Origin: Macrostomum lignano | Taxonomy: Eukaryota | Assembly: GCA_002269645.1 (NCBI GenBank) | Contig: NIVC01001761.1 | Location: forward strand, 1-64,000 | Length of the DNA stretch: 64,000 nucleotides | Reading direction: 5' to 3' | In this document: in pieces, positions 28,372 to 39,534 of the stretch | Position numbering within the stretch: the stretch's first letter is position 1 | Layout: the number at the start of each line of letters is the position of its first letter | Position numbers and translations under genes: made by a program | The notes under the pieces: generated by a model | What the model was told of the DNA's origin: nothing | The model's database searches: none | What the model saw: the letters and a program-made list of their open reading frames with translations, nothing else

Positions 28372-29514
28372 GGCTATCCTTCAGTTTCGTTCGTTTAATT
28401 ATTTTCAGAGTCTTATATCATTGAGCCACTTCAGGCAGGGTAGTAGTGGCTCACCCAGTACAGGAAGTTGCCAAAGTGTTGCCCGTCTGGGTACAGCCGG
28501 CACCACAGGCAGGTATTCCTGCAGGTGGGACTTGAACAGCGCATTGCTTGGACTTGAACAGCGCATTGCTTGTCTCGTGCAAGCGTGCATGGCCCGCAGC
28601 TTTGCCTTGGAGTGTGCCCAGGTGCCCTCGATGGTATTGGTATGGACGGTTGGGTCCTGGGGGTCCACGAAGTGTAGGCGATGGTTCACGGTGGCATGGG
28701 CATAGCTAGGTACGGCAAGGCCATTGTAAGCCTGCCACCCATCAGTCAGCACCCGAGAACCAGGCATGATGTACTGCTGCATGATGGGCAGCAGCGTCTG
28801 GGCACGTCGATCAAGGACGATGACTATCATGCACTTGTTGCTGTTCCTCTTGACCATGCCAAGCACCCAGTGGCCCTCATGGTAGTTGCCAACGTGGTAC
28901 TTGCGATGGAAGAACTTAGACTTATCCATCTCAATTTCCACATTTGGGCCACCGAGCTGCATGGGGTGGTTGATCAGGACTTGGGCATAGACATCATGGC
29001 AGAAGTTGGCCCAATCAACGGCTGTGGCCCATGCCGTCAAGTCGCATTGTTGCATGGTGTCCTTCATCGGTGTCTTGAGGGCCCACCAGTACAGGAAGTC
29101 CACCAGTTGGGTTAGCTACAGGTGGCTACGCTCAAAGAACGAGCCCTTCTTGATAGACTCTTGAGCGTGACAGTCCTTGCAGGCCCAGGCCCAGCCATCA
29201 ACGTAATGATCACCTTGACAACGTTGAAGCCACATTCGGGGTGTCATAGGGCAGTTGTCGTTGTGGCATTGGCGCTCATTGGGCAGCAGCCGGTACTTCG
29301 CCAGCCAGCGCATCACAGATTGCATGTCAGCAGTCAGGATAGCGAGATCACGTATCTTCATGAACGGAAGATCGCATAAGTCAGTCATTGGCCTGATCTC
29401 AGCTGGTGGGACAATCGCCGTCAGAGTAGATAGGCAACCCGCCATGCTGAAAAAGGGGTAAAAAATGATATAAGACTCTGAAAATAATTAAACAAACGAA
29501 ACTGAAGGATAGCC
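28372..29514 (-). mobile_element. Merlin (IS1595/IS1016-like) DNA transposon, 1143 bp, both ends intact
   Basis: 51-bp TIRs starting GGCTATCCTTCAG (28372-28422 / 29464-29514, one mismatch); perfect 8-bp TSD GCCTGATG (28364-28371, 29515-29522). Confidence 0.95.
28405..29445 (-). pseudogene. Merlin DDE transposase pseudogene
   Basis: N-terminal Cys motifs (C..C...W.C..C), GGPNVEIEMDKSKF (consensus EIDES), WVLGMV, TLLPI, TDGWQAYNGL, TVNH, HTNTIEGTW. In-frame TAG at 29116-29118; tandem duplication/frameshift near 28530-28575. Confidence 0.92.
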
Positions 29515-30080
29515 GCCTGATGTTATGTTGTAACCATCCAACTATGCTAATGCCATTAAAAAATCCATTGGAAAATATTTTTTTCTATTTTTAGAGTCAC
29601 AAAAAACTTCTGCATAGCATAGACTTGGCCTAACTGGTCATATAGCTAGGTTTTTTGTGGTATTGTATTGTGGCATTGCCAAGGGTATATATAGTATAAT
29701 ACTATAAGTCCCACTTATAGAGGTATACCACATTTTCATATAAATTATTAAAGGTACATGTAGCATGTCGGCCCAACAAAATGACAAAATGTGACAGTCT
29801 AGGCCTAAAGCCAGAGGTAAAGGTATAATATTTTATTTAATAAATTTATTAAGTAGACCTGCCTAATTGGCTAAAGGCTTAGCAAATCTAGGGCCTAGTT
29901 ATAAAAAGGTTATCTTCTAGAATTAAAAACTTTTGGCTAATACTTGATTCACATACATGTATTATTGCCTTTTTTGGACTGAATAGGCATACTAGCCTAA
30001 TATTTATTAGGGCCTTAGGCCTTAGGGTAAGAATTATAAAAACTTCTTTTTAGGTATTTTTAAAACTTTGTATGCCTATG

Positions 30081-30865
30081 CCATAGTCCAGATCATGCTA
30101 GGTGCATACTCAAACAAAAATTGAATAATTACAAATGCATGCCACAAAATTGAGTGCATGCCTATTCTCAAAACTACATTAGTGCTATGACAATAAATTA
30201 CCTTTTTCAAATTGCATAAGGGACCCATTTTGGCAAATAGCTTGGTTGCTTTTTCAATAATACTATTTATAGTAGAAAAGCAATACATGCAAAGATTTGT
30301 TTAAATGCATTATTAGGCCTACAAGCTTAAAAAACCCCAAAAACGTGACATTTATGCTCAGAAAATGAACTTTTGTTATCTTTTTTCTACTTAACAATAA
30401 CTCTTCCTTGTGATTATAAAAAGTGCACACCAAGTGTGCATACACTATTTTCTCAGAAATGATGCATGCCAACAGTGGCAGATCCAAAGTTTCATTTTGG
30501 GGGGAGGTGGTTCAAGTTTTGGGTGCCAACACAAGTATAAAGGGTGCCAATTTTTAAGCTAGGGGGCACAAAAATGCACGTAAAAGGCAAAAAATCAAGC
30601 TTAGGTGCGCTAAAAAGGCATTGAGGGCAAAAAATCAAGCTTAGAGGCACTATAAAGGTGTTTAGGGCAAAAAATCATATTTAGGGATGCAAATTTAGGT
30701 TTTTTGGGGGGCGCAATATGTTTGGTTAAGCTATTTTGGAGGGGGGGGGGGCAGCCCGCCCCCCTAAATTTGCCCCTGCATGCCAACTATGCATGTCTAT
30801 TTTTGGTATGCAAGGCCAATGCCTATCAAAATTTTTGAGTGTATACTACATGATCCAGAGTGTGG
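30081..30865. mobile_element. Old TIR-bearing non-autonomous element, superfamily unresolved
   Basis: Imperfect inverted ends TCCAGATCATGCTAGGTGCATACTCAAA vs reverse complement TCTGGATCATG-TAGTATACACTCAAA; no clear TSD. Confidence 0.5.
30473..30778. mobile_element. hAT-type MITE (306 bp) nested in the previous element
   Basis: Ends CAGTGGCAGATCC...AAATTTGCCCCTG; perfect 8-bp TSD CATGCCAA (30465-30472, 30779-30786). Confidence 0.85.
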
Positions 30866-31227
30866 TTTATATGAAAAAACCTTTAAAAAGTCACTTATAA
30901 AATTGAATTACCAAAAATGTCATAGTTCAAGATAAAAAACTTGCACAAAAATTATGATTTTATTCCAAAATTAGAGTTCTTTTTTATCTATAGATATAGA
31001 TACAAAAAGTTACAAATATATTTTTTGGCTTCCTAGTTATAGTTTGATGATTAAAAAAGAACCATACATATATTTTATGCTCTACTATATGTTCAGTTGT
31101 TTTAGAATTCATAAGCTGCTATATGAAAAATATAGAACTAGAAGTTTGATACAGATTGCTTATAATAATATATAAAATGCATAAATGTTTATTTGCATCT
31201 TAATACATGTATTAACCTAGCTATGTG

Positions 31228-31494
31228 CAGTGGCATAGCCAGGGAGAGGGGCTGGGGGAGACTGCAGCCCCTCCCCCAATCGCCTACAGGGGGGGGGTGG
31301 GGTTGGGTGTGGCAGGTACCAAAAACCATAAGGCAATTAAGTGCCTGCAATGCTAAAATGAGTGCCTGTAATACCAAAATGAGTGCCTACAATGCCAAAA
31401 TAAGTGCTTGCAGCACCAAAAGTGGCAATGGCATAAGGCATGGCCAGCCAGGCCAACCTGACCCCCCCAATTGAAATTCCTAGCTTTGCCACTG
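31228..31494. mobile_element. hAT-type MITE (267 bp), nested
   Basis: TIRs CAGTGGCATAGCCAGGGA vs CAGTGGCAAAGCTAGGAA (15/18); degenerate 8-bp TSD GCTATGTG / GCTGTGTA. Confidence 0.8.
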
Positions 31495-31712
31495 GCTGTG
31501 TATACTACTTTCAACCCTGTCACCTATGCATCTATGGTGTTGCCTATTAAACTGATTCCTTGGGACTTATAAGCCTCTGCCCCTAGGTCTATTATTGGCT
31601 TCCTATATGTAGCTCTTGCTAATTAGCCATCATGTATATTTTCATATATAAACCTATACCCTGACTTTTAATTAATGCATAAACAACTATATATATACTT
31701 GTATGCCACAAT

Positions 31713-32468
31713 TAGGGGTCACAAAATCCCGGATTCTGTCAATCCCAGGATCCTAGGATTAGACAAATACCAACAAACATCAATGCCAATAGCTAACAAA
31801 TACCAAAAGACATCAATGCCAATAGCTGATAAACACCAACAGATATCAATGTCAATAGCTGACAAACACTAGCAGTTGATATTTTTCCAGTACCATCCTT
31901 GTCGTAACATTGTTATAATGTTATAACAACACTGCAAATTACTTTTTTTATCACGTGACTAATGTGAGAACATTATTGTGCAAAGCAATATAAATGTATA
32001 TATATGTATTACATACTATGTAGTAGCACTAGCAGTATGCACATTGCAAAACAAATGCACATGACTTGTGGACATGGTCGTGGAGTCATTGGCCCATGGC
32101 ATGAGTCACATTCACAAGGAGTCACAAGGACTCACAGTCACAACACAAGTCACAACCTACTACCACCTGGGCATTCACGTTGTCACTTGTCAGTCTGGAG
32201 TCTGGACTCACAACTATGAGTTTAAACTTTAAAATCAAATCTCAATGTTAAATGATTTAAACAAGACTCAACTCAAACAACATTAAAGACCTTACAAAGT
32301 GGGCAACAGAGAATGGACATGTATGCGTGTTTGTTCCATATTTGAACTAACTGCCATTTTATGATAAAATACTTGCTATTATATTAGACATTATAAAAAC
32401 ATAGCATTAACATTCTGGGATTGAATCCCGACCCTGTAAATCCCAGGATCCTGGGATTGTGACCCCTA
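31713..32468. mobile_element. Non-autonomous hAT-type element (756 bp), nested
   Basis: TIR TAGGGGTCACAA, subterminal ATCCC/GGGAT motifs; TSD GCCACAAT / GCCTCAAT (7/8). Confidence 0.85.
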
Positions 32469-33253
32469 GCCTCAATTCGCTGGAATTTATTTAATTTTTT
32501 ACAAGCTATTGACACTTGGATACTCTGAAAGATTATCTCCTAATGTAACACAAAACTAAAGATCTCTAAGATGCTTGCACAATGCAATAACAGATGTAGC
32601 AACTTATTTGCAAGTAAATGGAAATAGTAATATAAAAAGCTATATAAGCTTTTTGTGGTTATGGATACAGATATAGATACGGCTACGGGAATTTTTGTAG
32701 ATACAGATATAGGAAATTTTTGGATATAATAGATAGAACTCTATCCAAAATTGTCATTTGCAAAGATTTTATCTTAACAAATAAACCATTTCCTTTGAAC
32801 TAATAATAATAAACAAACTCTATAGATATATATCTATATAATATCTATTATATATAATATTAGTTAAGATAAAAAGGGGTCAATAAGAACTATAATATTG
32901 TATATTTGTAGGGACTTTACTGATGGTCTTATGATTTGCTAATATATATTATCGAAATAAAAGTAGTTTCTAATAAAATAGAAGTCTTTTTATGAACAAA
33001 AAACCTTGCTACATTTGCAATGCAGTTAAATATAAAATAAAAAGTAAATATAAACAAGAAAGAAAAGGCATCGATTAATTAGTTAGCCACTACAATGCCC
33101 AGAGCTCAGCATTCTGGCACCATACTTGCATTAGTGGACACTTAAATTGATCATTGCACTGTTGTCATGCATAATAGAGATGGTCTATCAAATCTAAAAG
33201 TATATACTTAGCAGTCTATCCACCTTTACTTGTCTACCCTATGCCGCAATCGC

Positions 33254-36200
33254 ATGGCAACCAAGGGTGGAGACAGCCAGATGTACAAGTTTTCCATCCT
33301 GGCGCCAGAAGTTTACTGCCAGGCAATAAAATCTGCAGAGCCTGTGAAGCAAGATGATGCTGCTTACAGATTTGGTCTGTTTCTCAAGCAGTGGGCTGAA
33401 GAAGTCTTTGGCATGAGCTGCTTTGTACCATCAAGTTCTGGTGCAGCTTTTATTGAGAATTTCAACACTTTTGAGAGCGACTTTCTTGCAAAGTCAGAAT
33501 ATTGCGTCATCATTATCAGTGAGGTTGCTGCCAAACCGTTGAATAGGTTCCTGGCCAGACTGCTCGTGTTTGTCACCATGCGTGCAATGTGGCGCAGTCG
33601 CTTCATATTTATTGCGCTGGGCGAGTTCGAAGGCTTAAAGAAGTTGCACTTGGACGTTTCCGTGCACGATCTAATTATCTTTAAATCTCGCACCGAGGAG
33701 GGATGGATGGTGGAGACTGAGTGCTGGAAGGCTCTCTACTTCATACTCAACATTTCCTGGGCATCCTTAGGCGACTCGAATGGGACAGCAGAGAATTCTA
33801 ATGGCGCTCAGTCAAGCGAGATTACTGAATCAACCGACCAGCTTGACAAAGCCTTCAAGCTGATTCTGATGACTTCGAGGAGTTACTCGAAAGAGTCTAA
33901 TGATGACGGTCGGGGCGAAGCATTTGCTCAGTTTTTGCAGCAAAAATCTGAAAGCGAGTTTAGTATGTCCTGCAAGATACCAAGCTCATCTGGTAGCGCT
34001 TTTATCACGGATTTTAACAAGTTTGAGAATGAGTTTCTGCGCGTAAGTGAGTATTGCTTGATTGTCGTGTCAGAGGAGTCCGTGCGCCGCTTCCGCATCT
34101 TCTTGCCGCGCCTTCTGGTGTTTTTGACCAGGCGAAGTGTGTGGAGCAACCGCTTCATAATTGCATGCGTTGGTAATGTTGATCTACGCGAGTCCGAGGT
34201 TGACTTTCTGACCCATCCTCCTGTATATTTTACATCCACTGAGGCTGAGTCTTGGTCAACGGAGGTTCAATCCTGGCAAATTTTGTATCGCATCCTGCGC
34301 ATAACGTGGGCGCCGACTGATGCCGAGAGTCAGCTTGCAAAAATCTCTTTCGATGCCGATCAATTCTACCACACTGTGGTTTTTACGTCGATTTTTTATT
34401 CGACATCTGCCGAAGAGCAACCGGACGATTGCACCGGTTGGCAGTTTGCCTCTTATTTTTCCACGAAAATGAGCAACGAGTACAAGCTCATGGTTTATGT
34501 ACTGACTGCTAGAGATGCCGTACAGGTTGAAACTCTGGATGAACTAGAGATAAAGTACTTGCAAAAGTGCGGAAATCTGGTTTTTATCGTGACTGAAGAG
34601 TCAGTAGTGCAGTTCACTCAGTTTCTAAACCGTCTGCAGCAGTTCCTATCTGGACGCGTTCAGTGGCGCAATCGACTCACGCTGGTTTGCGTAGGCAACG
34701 TGCAGTTGGATGAGAGCCATTTAGCTTTGTTTGGCTCTTCTGTAATTACCATCTACTCATCTGAGCGCTCCAGCTGGACAAGTATCGAGTCGAGCACTTG
34801 GACCACAATTGTGACTTTAGTGCGTCAGAATGAGATCATTACTCAGGAGGAACTCGTTGAGCAGGCCACTTCACTGCCTGTCAACGCATCAAGTGTAAGC
34901 AACATAGACGGTGCAACGAAGTCTTTGGACGTTAAAAGCACTAGCCAAACTGTTGTCACGGGAGGAAACTCGAGGAATGCAACAGAAACATCATCGTCAT
35001 CGACTCTCACAACCACAACAACTCGCATCACCAACACAACCCACACGACCTCTTCAATAGACGTTACGGATTCTTCTACGCAGGAAAAGCAAGAGCAGGA
35101 ACGTCAGAAGCTGGAACAAGAACGGCAGGATCATGAGCGTCTGAAGGAGCAGGAGCGTCAGAAGCGGGAGCAGGAGCGTCAGGAACAGGAGCGTCAGACG
35201 CGGGAGCAGGAGCGTCAGGAACAGGAGCGTCAGAAGCGGGAGCAGGAGCGTCAGGAACAAGAGCGTCAGAAGCGGGAGCAGGAGCGTCAGGAACAAGAGC
35301 GTCAGAAGCAGGAGCGGGAGCGTCAGGAACAAGAGCGTCAGAAGCGGGAGCAGGAGCGTCAAGAACAAGATCGTCAGAAGCGGGAGCAGGAGCGTCAGGA
35401 ACAAGAGCGTCAGAAGCGGGAGCAGGAGCGTCAGGAACAAGAGCGTCAGAAGCGGGAGCAGGAGCGTCAGGAACAAGAGCGTCAGAAGCGGGAGCGGGAG
35501 CGTCAGAAGCGGGAGCAGGAGCGTCACGAGCAAGAGCGTCAGAAGCGGGAGCAGGAGCGTCAGAAACAAGAGCGTCAGAAGCGGGAGCGGGAGCGTCAGG
35601 AACAAGAGCGTCGAAAGAAGGAACAGGAGCGTCTTGAGCAGCAACAGCAACAAAGCCAGACACATTCGCAAACTAGCTGGACGACTACTACTGTAACTAA
35701 AACTACAACAAAGACAACTGAAAATCAGGAAAAGCTGAACGTATCTAACGTTCCTAATGTTGATGATGTTTCTCGCCATTCCGGTGAAGACAGCAGCAGT
35801 GAATCGGATGATAGTAATCGCAAAGGCGAAATTGGTGACTCCCGACGCACCAGTGGTCGCTCATCCTTGGTTGTTCGAGTTATGCGAGTAATTCACACTC
35901 GCATTGTGCGCATCACGATCTTGATTCATTCCACCACCGTAGTCACGATCACGCGCATTGTGACTTTGATTGGCGCTCCGGTCAGAATGGTTCGCTACAC
36001 TGCGCTCTACGCCAGCCAGCAGAGTTGGCTGCTCCGGATCTTGACTATTATTCGTCGGGTTTTGCGCCTGACAAGCGAGACAATTGGCTACGTTTCTGGC
36101 AGTCGCATTGCCATCACGAGCGGTGGCGACCGCGATGATGACGTCCTGATTGGCGACTCCGATCGGCGCAGCCGATATCTCCTGCTTCCAGCCTGGCTGG

Positions 36201-36409
36201 TGCGCTTTGTATTCTACGCGTCCGGCCGCTTCATCGCCTGTCGGACCGAGGCCGAGGCCAAGGCTAAGCTGACCCAGCAGGTCAAAGGTGGCGGCGGCGC
36301 TGGGGTCCCAGATGCTACTGGCGTTTCAGCAATACAGACTGTCACCGATTGGCGCGATGAGAACTGCGCAATGTGTCATCAACTGGTTGTTGACGGTCTG
36401 GCCGCGTGA
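33254..36409 (+). CDS. Intronless 1051-aa protein: three tandem TIR/SEFIR-like domains, Thr/Ser linker, E/Q/R/K coiled-coil repeat, basic hydrophobic C-terminal region
   Basis: Long non-repetitive ORF. Three alignable ~150-aa units (~33284-33760, ~33850-34310, ~34365-34830) with alternating beta/alpha pattern, e.g. SEYCVIIISE / SEYCLIVVSE / CGNLVFIVTE. 36-bp coding repeat ERQKREQERQEQ at ~35085-35650. The fold is inferred from pattern only. Confidence 0.8.
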   Translation: MATKGGDSQMYKFSILAPEVYCQAIKSAEPVKQDDAAYRFGLFLKQWAEEVFGMSCFVPSSSGAAFIENFNTFESDFLAKSEYCVIIISEVAAKPLNRFLARLLVFVTMRAMWRSRFIFIALGEFEGLKKLHLDVSVHDLIIFKSRTEEGWMVETECWKALYFILNISWASLGDSNGTAENSNGAQSSEITESTDQLDKAFKLILMTSRSYSKESNDDGRGEAFAQFLQQKSESEFSMSCKIPSSSGSAFITDFNKFENEFLRVSEYCLIVVSEESVRRFRIFLPRLLVFLTRRSVWSNRFIIACVGNVDLRESEVDFLTHPPVYFTSTEAESWSTEVQSWQILYRILRITWAPTDAESQLAKISFDADQFYHTVVFTSIFYSTSAEEQPDDCTGWQFASYFSTKMSNEYKLMVYVLTARDAVQVETLDELEIKYLQKCGNLVFIVTEESVVQFTQFLNRLQQFLSGRVQWRNRLTLVCVGNVQLDESHLALFGSSVITIYSSERSSWTSIESSTWTTIVTLVRQNEIITQEELVEQATSLPVNASSVSNIDGATKSLDVKSTSQTVVTGGNSRNATETSSSSTLTTTTTRITNTTHTTSSIDVTDSSTQEKQEQERQKLEQERQDHERLKEQERQKREQERQEQERQTREQERQEQERQKREQERQEQERQKREQERQEQERQKQERERQEQERQKREQERQEQDRQKREQERQEQERQKREQERQEQERQKREQERQEQERQKRERERQKREQERHEQERQKREQERQKQERQKRERERQEQERRKKEQERLEQQQQQSQTHSQTSWTTTTVTKTTTKTTENQEKLNVSNVPNVDDVSRHSGEDSSSESDDSNRKGEIGDSRRTSGRSSLVVRVMRVIHTRIVRITILIHSTTVVTITRIVTLIGAPVRMVRYTALYASQQSWLLRILTIIRRVLRLTSETIGYVSGSRIAITSGGDRDDDVLIGDSDRRSRYLLLPAWLVRFVFYASGRFIACRTEAEAKAKLTQQVKGGGGAGVPDATGVSAIQTVTDWRDENCAMCHQLVVDGLAA

Positions 36410-36924
36410 GAGGCGTCGGGGAAGGCTGCCCTTACACCGGCATAAACTTCTGGGCGACGATGACCAGTAAGGCTGCAAAGTCTCTTGTGCATGTTTTTAG
36501 TCTGTTGATTCTTGCCCATGGTCAAGTTGGTTGATTTGTTAGTTATAGGGTAGCGCTTGTCGGGCTGATTGAGGTGGGCAGCAGAGTGCATGGATTAAAT
36601 AATAGACGGGTGAATCGCTTCATGCACGGCAGAGCAGCTTAGCAGCAAACGCGTCTTGCTCATGGAGGAAGGAGCGACATGGAATGGTAACCTGAGCTAG
36701 TTATTTTTGTCTTGCGCAAACTGTAGTTTCAGTACCCTTTGTTCCCTCCGAGGTCTACCTTTCCTCCAAGAGTGTTTATAAAGAAAACGGAAGAAAATAA
36801 TGCGTTTAGATTATCACCTAGAAAACTTGCAATTAGCTTTGGCCAAAACTCACTTACTTGGATGAGTTACAGAGGCTGGCTATGCAATTCCGGGTGAACA
36901 TCTTGAATTAGAACTGAACTCTTG

Positions 36925-37327
36925 AGCCCTGCTGCTCCTGAACCTCATCGCAGGGCGGGCCTATTACTGGTCTGACGTCATCAGCGACCGGCTGCACGTG
37001 TACTCCCGCCGCCGGGCCGTCGCTCACGGCTTCCTCTGCGTGCCGTTCCTGGCCGCCGGTCCGGGCCTGCTGTCCGGACTGCGGGCCGCCCTGGCCGGTG
37101 TGGCCAGCTCGGCGGTGTACATCGGCCAGGCCGAGCCGAGCAGCGGCGGCGCCACACTGGACGGCGGCTCGCCTCCCGGCGCCTCCGTTGGGCGCGGCCT
37201 GTCGGCTGCCGCAGTCGCGGCCGGCCCGGTTTGGATCAACCCGCTGCTGTACAAGAAGGCGGCCACCGAGTCCGAGAGAGAGATGTTCGCCGTCAGGTAC
37301 AACCGGCGCTACTTCCAGATTGATTAG
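36925..37327 (+). CDS. Unidentified GC3-rich exon-like ORF ending ...VWINPLLYKKAATESEREMFAVRYNRRYFQID*
   Basis: Codon style like host genes; in-frame stop just upstream and no ATG, so it may be a terminal exon or a pseudogene fragment. Confidence 0.4.
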
Positions 37328-37429
37328 CGCTAGCAGCTGGGGGCTTTGGACCAATTGAAAATTCTGCTGTTAACTGGCTGGTGGGTTCGCGCTTTGGGTT
37401 TCTTAATTGTACTGAATAGAACCAATCAT

Positions 37430-37940
37430 AGTACTGGAGCGCATCATTGTGTTTCAGTATAACAGCTTATAGTAGTACTGGACCGCATCATTGTGTTTCA
37501 GTATAACAGCTTATAGTAGTACTGGACCGCATCATTGTGTTTCAGTATAACAGCTTATAGTAGTACTGGACCGCATCATTGTGTTTCAGTATAACAGCTT
37601 ATAATATTACTGGACCGCATCATTGTGTTTCAGTATAACAGCTATAATAGTACTGGACCGCATCATTGTGTTTCAGTATAACAGCTTATAGTAGTACTGG
37701 ACCGCATCATTGTGTTTCAGTATAACAGCTTATAATAGTACTGGACCGCATCATTGTGTTTCAGTATAACAGCTTATAATAGTACTGGACCGCATCATTG
37801 TGTTTCAGTATAACAGCTTATAATAGTACTGGACCGCATCATTGTGTTTCAGTATAACAGCTTATAATAGTACTGGACCGCATCATTGTGTTTCAGTATA
37901 ACAGCTTATAATAGTACTGGACCGCATCATTGTGTTTCAG
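37430..37940. repeat. 44-bp minisatellite AGTACTGGACCGCATCATTGTGTTTCAGTATAACAGCTTATA(G/A)T
   Basis: About 11 copies. Confidence 0.95.
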
Positions 37941-38949
37941 CTTCAATTAGATTTATTAAAAACGCAGTTCAGGTTAAGTTGAATCACAATGTGAAGTTTG
38001 TATCTGGACTTAATCCAGTATGTCCTCTTCAATTATAATTTTCATAATAAAGTTTTTTCGATGTAATTTTTTTAATCACCTAAATTAGTACGAGTAGTCT
38101 AAAACATCCAATTAGCCGTAGCCGTGTTCACTCCAACCAAATGCTATTCGAAGCTCCTACTTGCAGTAGTAGTGCTTAACAGTGGCTCAATTTTTGGTAA
38201 AAATGCCTAAAAATCTCGCGTTCCCAAATTCCCAGATGAAGAGTGCCAGCCTCTTTAATCTTCATGCCAACAATCGATATTCTGTGTTATTTTATTACTA
38301 TCAGTAGCTTACTGGCACATTACGTGCCCAATTTTAATCTTGACAGCTTTTTTGACGGAGCCAAACTGACTGCTGAGCGGTCGGCTCTACTGTCGGTATA
38401 AAATTACTCCATTACTATTTTATCCCTACATTTTATTGTTTTTCAGTCTCAAATCATTGAGCAACGAACTCAACTCTGAGAAGAATTTCATTCGTGTTTT
38501 GTTTCTTTATACAGCAAATTGACGAGCCTTTTTATATTTTTTATTTTTGATTCGTTTCTCAAATCAATTTCTTGAGATTTTCGATTGGATTTTAGAAGGC
38601 CGCTAGCTAATGGCAACAGCCTTCTAGACTGACTTGCGTATCTCAGACTGTTCATTGTTCATCATGCTTGCCTTCATGTAGTGCTGCTTTTATTGTTTAT
38701 TATCGGCTCAGAGATGCTCAGTTGTCAGTCTGACAGAACCATGATTGAAGTTCCACTGTGTTTTTTGGTACCAAGGACTGCGTCTTTGTTACGTTGACTA
38801 CGATACATATCGGCTACTCGCGCAGGCTTAACATTTTTTCTGGACTGATTGCTGCACTTGTGTCATTGGCGCGCTTTTTGAGTACCCGCCTGCACCTGCT
38901 GATTCTCTACTCCACTCTTCGGCCTCTTTCCTTTCTTATCTGCCTCTTC

Positions 38950-39190
38950 CGCCCCTCCCCCCGCCCCTCTTCCTCCGCCCCTCCCTCCGCCCCCTCTCCC
39001 TCCGCCCCCTCTCCCTCCGCCCCCTCTCACTTCGCCCCTCTTCCTCCGCCCCCTCTCCCTCCGCCCCTCTCCCTCCGGCCCTCTCCCTCCGCCCCCTCCC
39101 TCCGCCCCCTCTCCCTCCGCACCCCTCTCCCTCCGCCCCCTCTCCCTCCGCACCCCTGTCTCTCCGCCCTCTCCTTCCTCCCTTCTTCCC
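38950..39190. repeat. 15-bp C-rich repeat CCCTCCGCCCCCTCT
   Basis: Seen directly. Confidence 0.85.
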
Positions 39191-39534
39191 TGTCCCACCA
39201 CAGCTCAATGCTAGATTTCTCATACCAGTAAGCTACATAAAAGTTTAGCAGATTTTTATGCAGTTTTGCTTACCCCATCTGCCACTATTAGCACTGACAG
39301 CTTTTTCTGCTCCATTAGTTAAACGATATTTTATATTTATTGTGTTTTACACTTCTAACAAATAGTAACCTATTTTGCTGCGTTATAATTTTTTTACTAT
39401 TGATATTTATACTGCATCAATTTTTAGCCTTACACATCTCTGCCGTGCTACAATTGATAATGAAATTGGCGAAATACATTGGCCACTTAATCATAACTCG
39501 CTTTCATTCGCAGCTTTTCTCTGCTTTTTTAATT

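Larger units (their letters stand above)
30972..32743. mobile_element. Non-autonomous hAT-type element (1772 bp) hosting two nested insertions
   Basis: TIR TAGAGTTCT / AGAACTCTA, subterminal GATATAGATAC repeats; perfect 8-bp TSD TCCAAAAT (30964-30971, 32744-32751). Confidence 0.85.

Noticed and set aside
37225-37255. INPLLY as a GPCR NPxxY motif
   Set aside because: The preceding sequence lacks TM5-TM7 helices and the other class-A motifs
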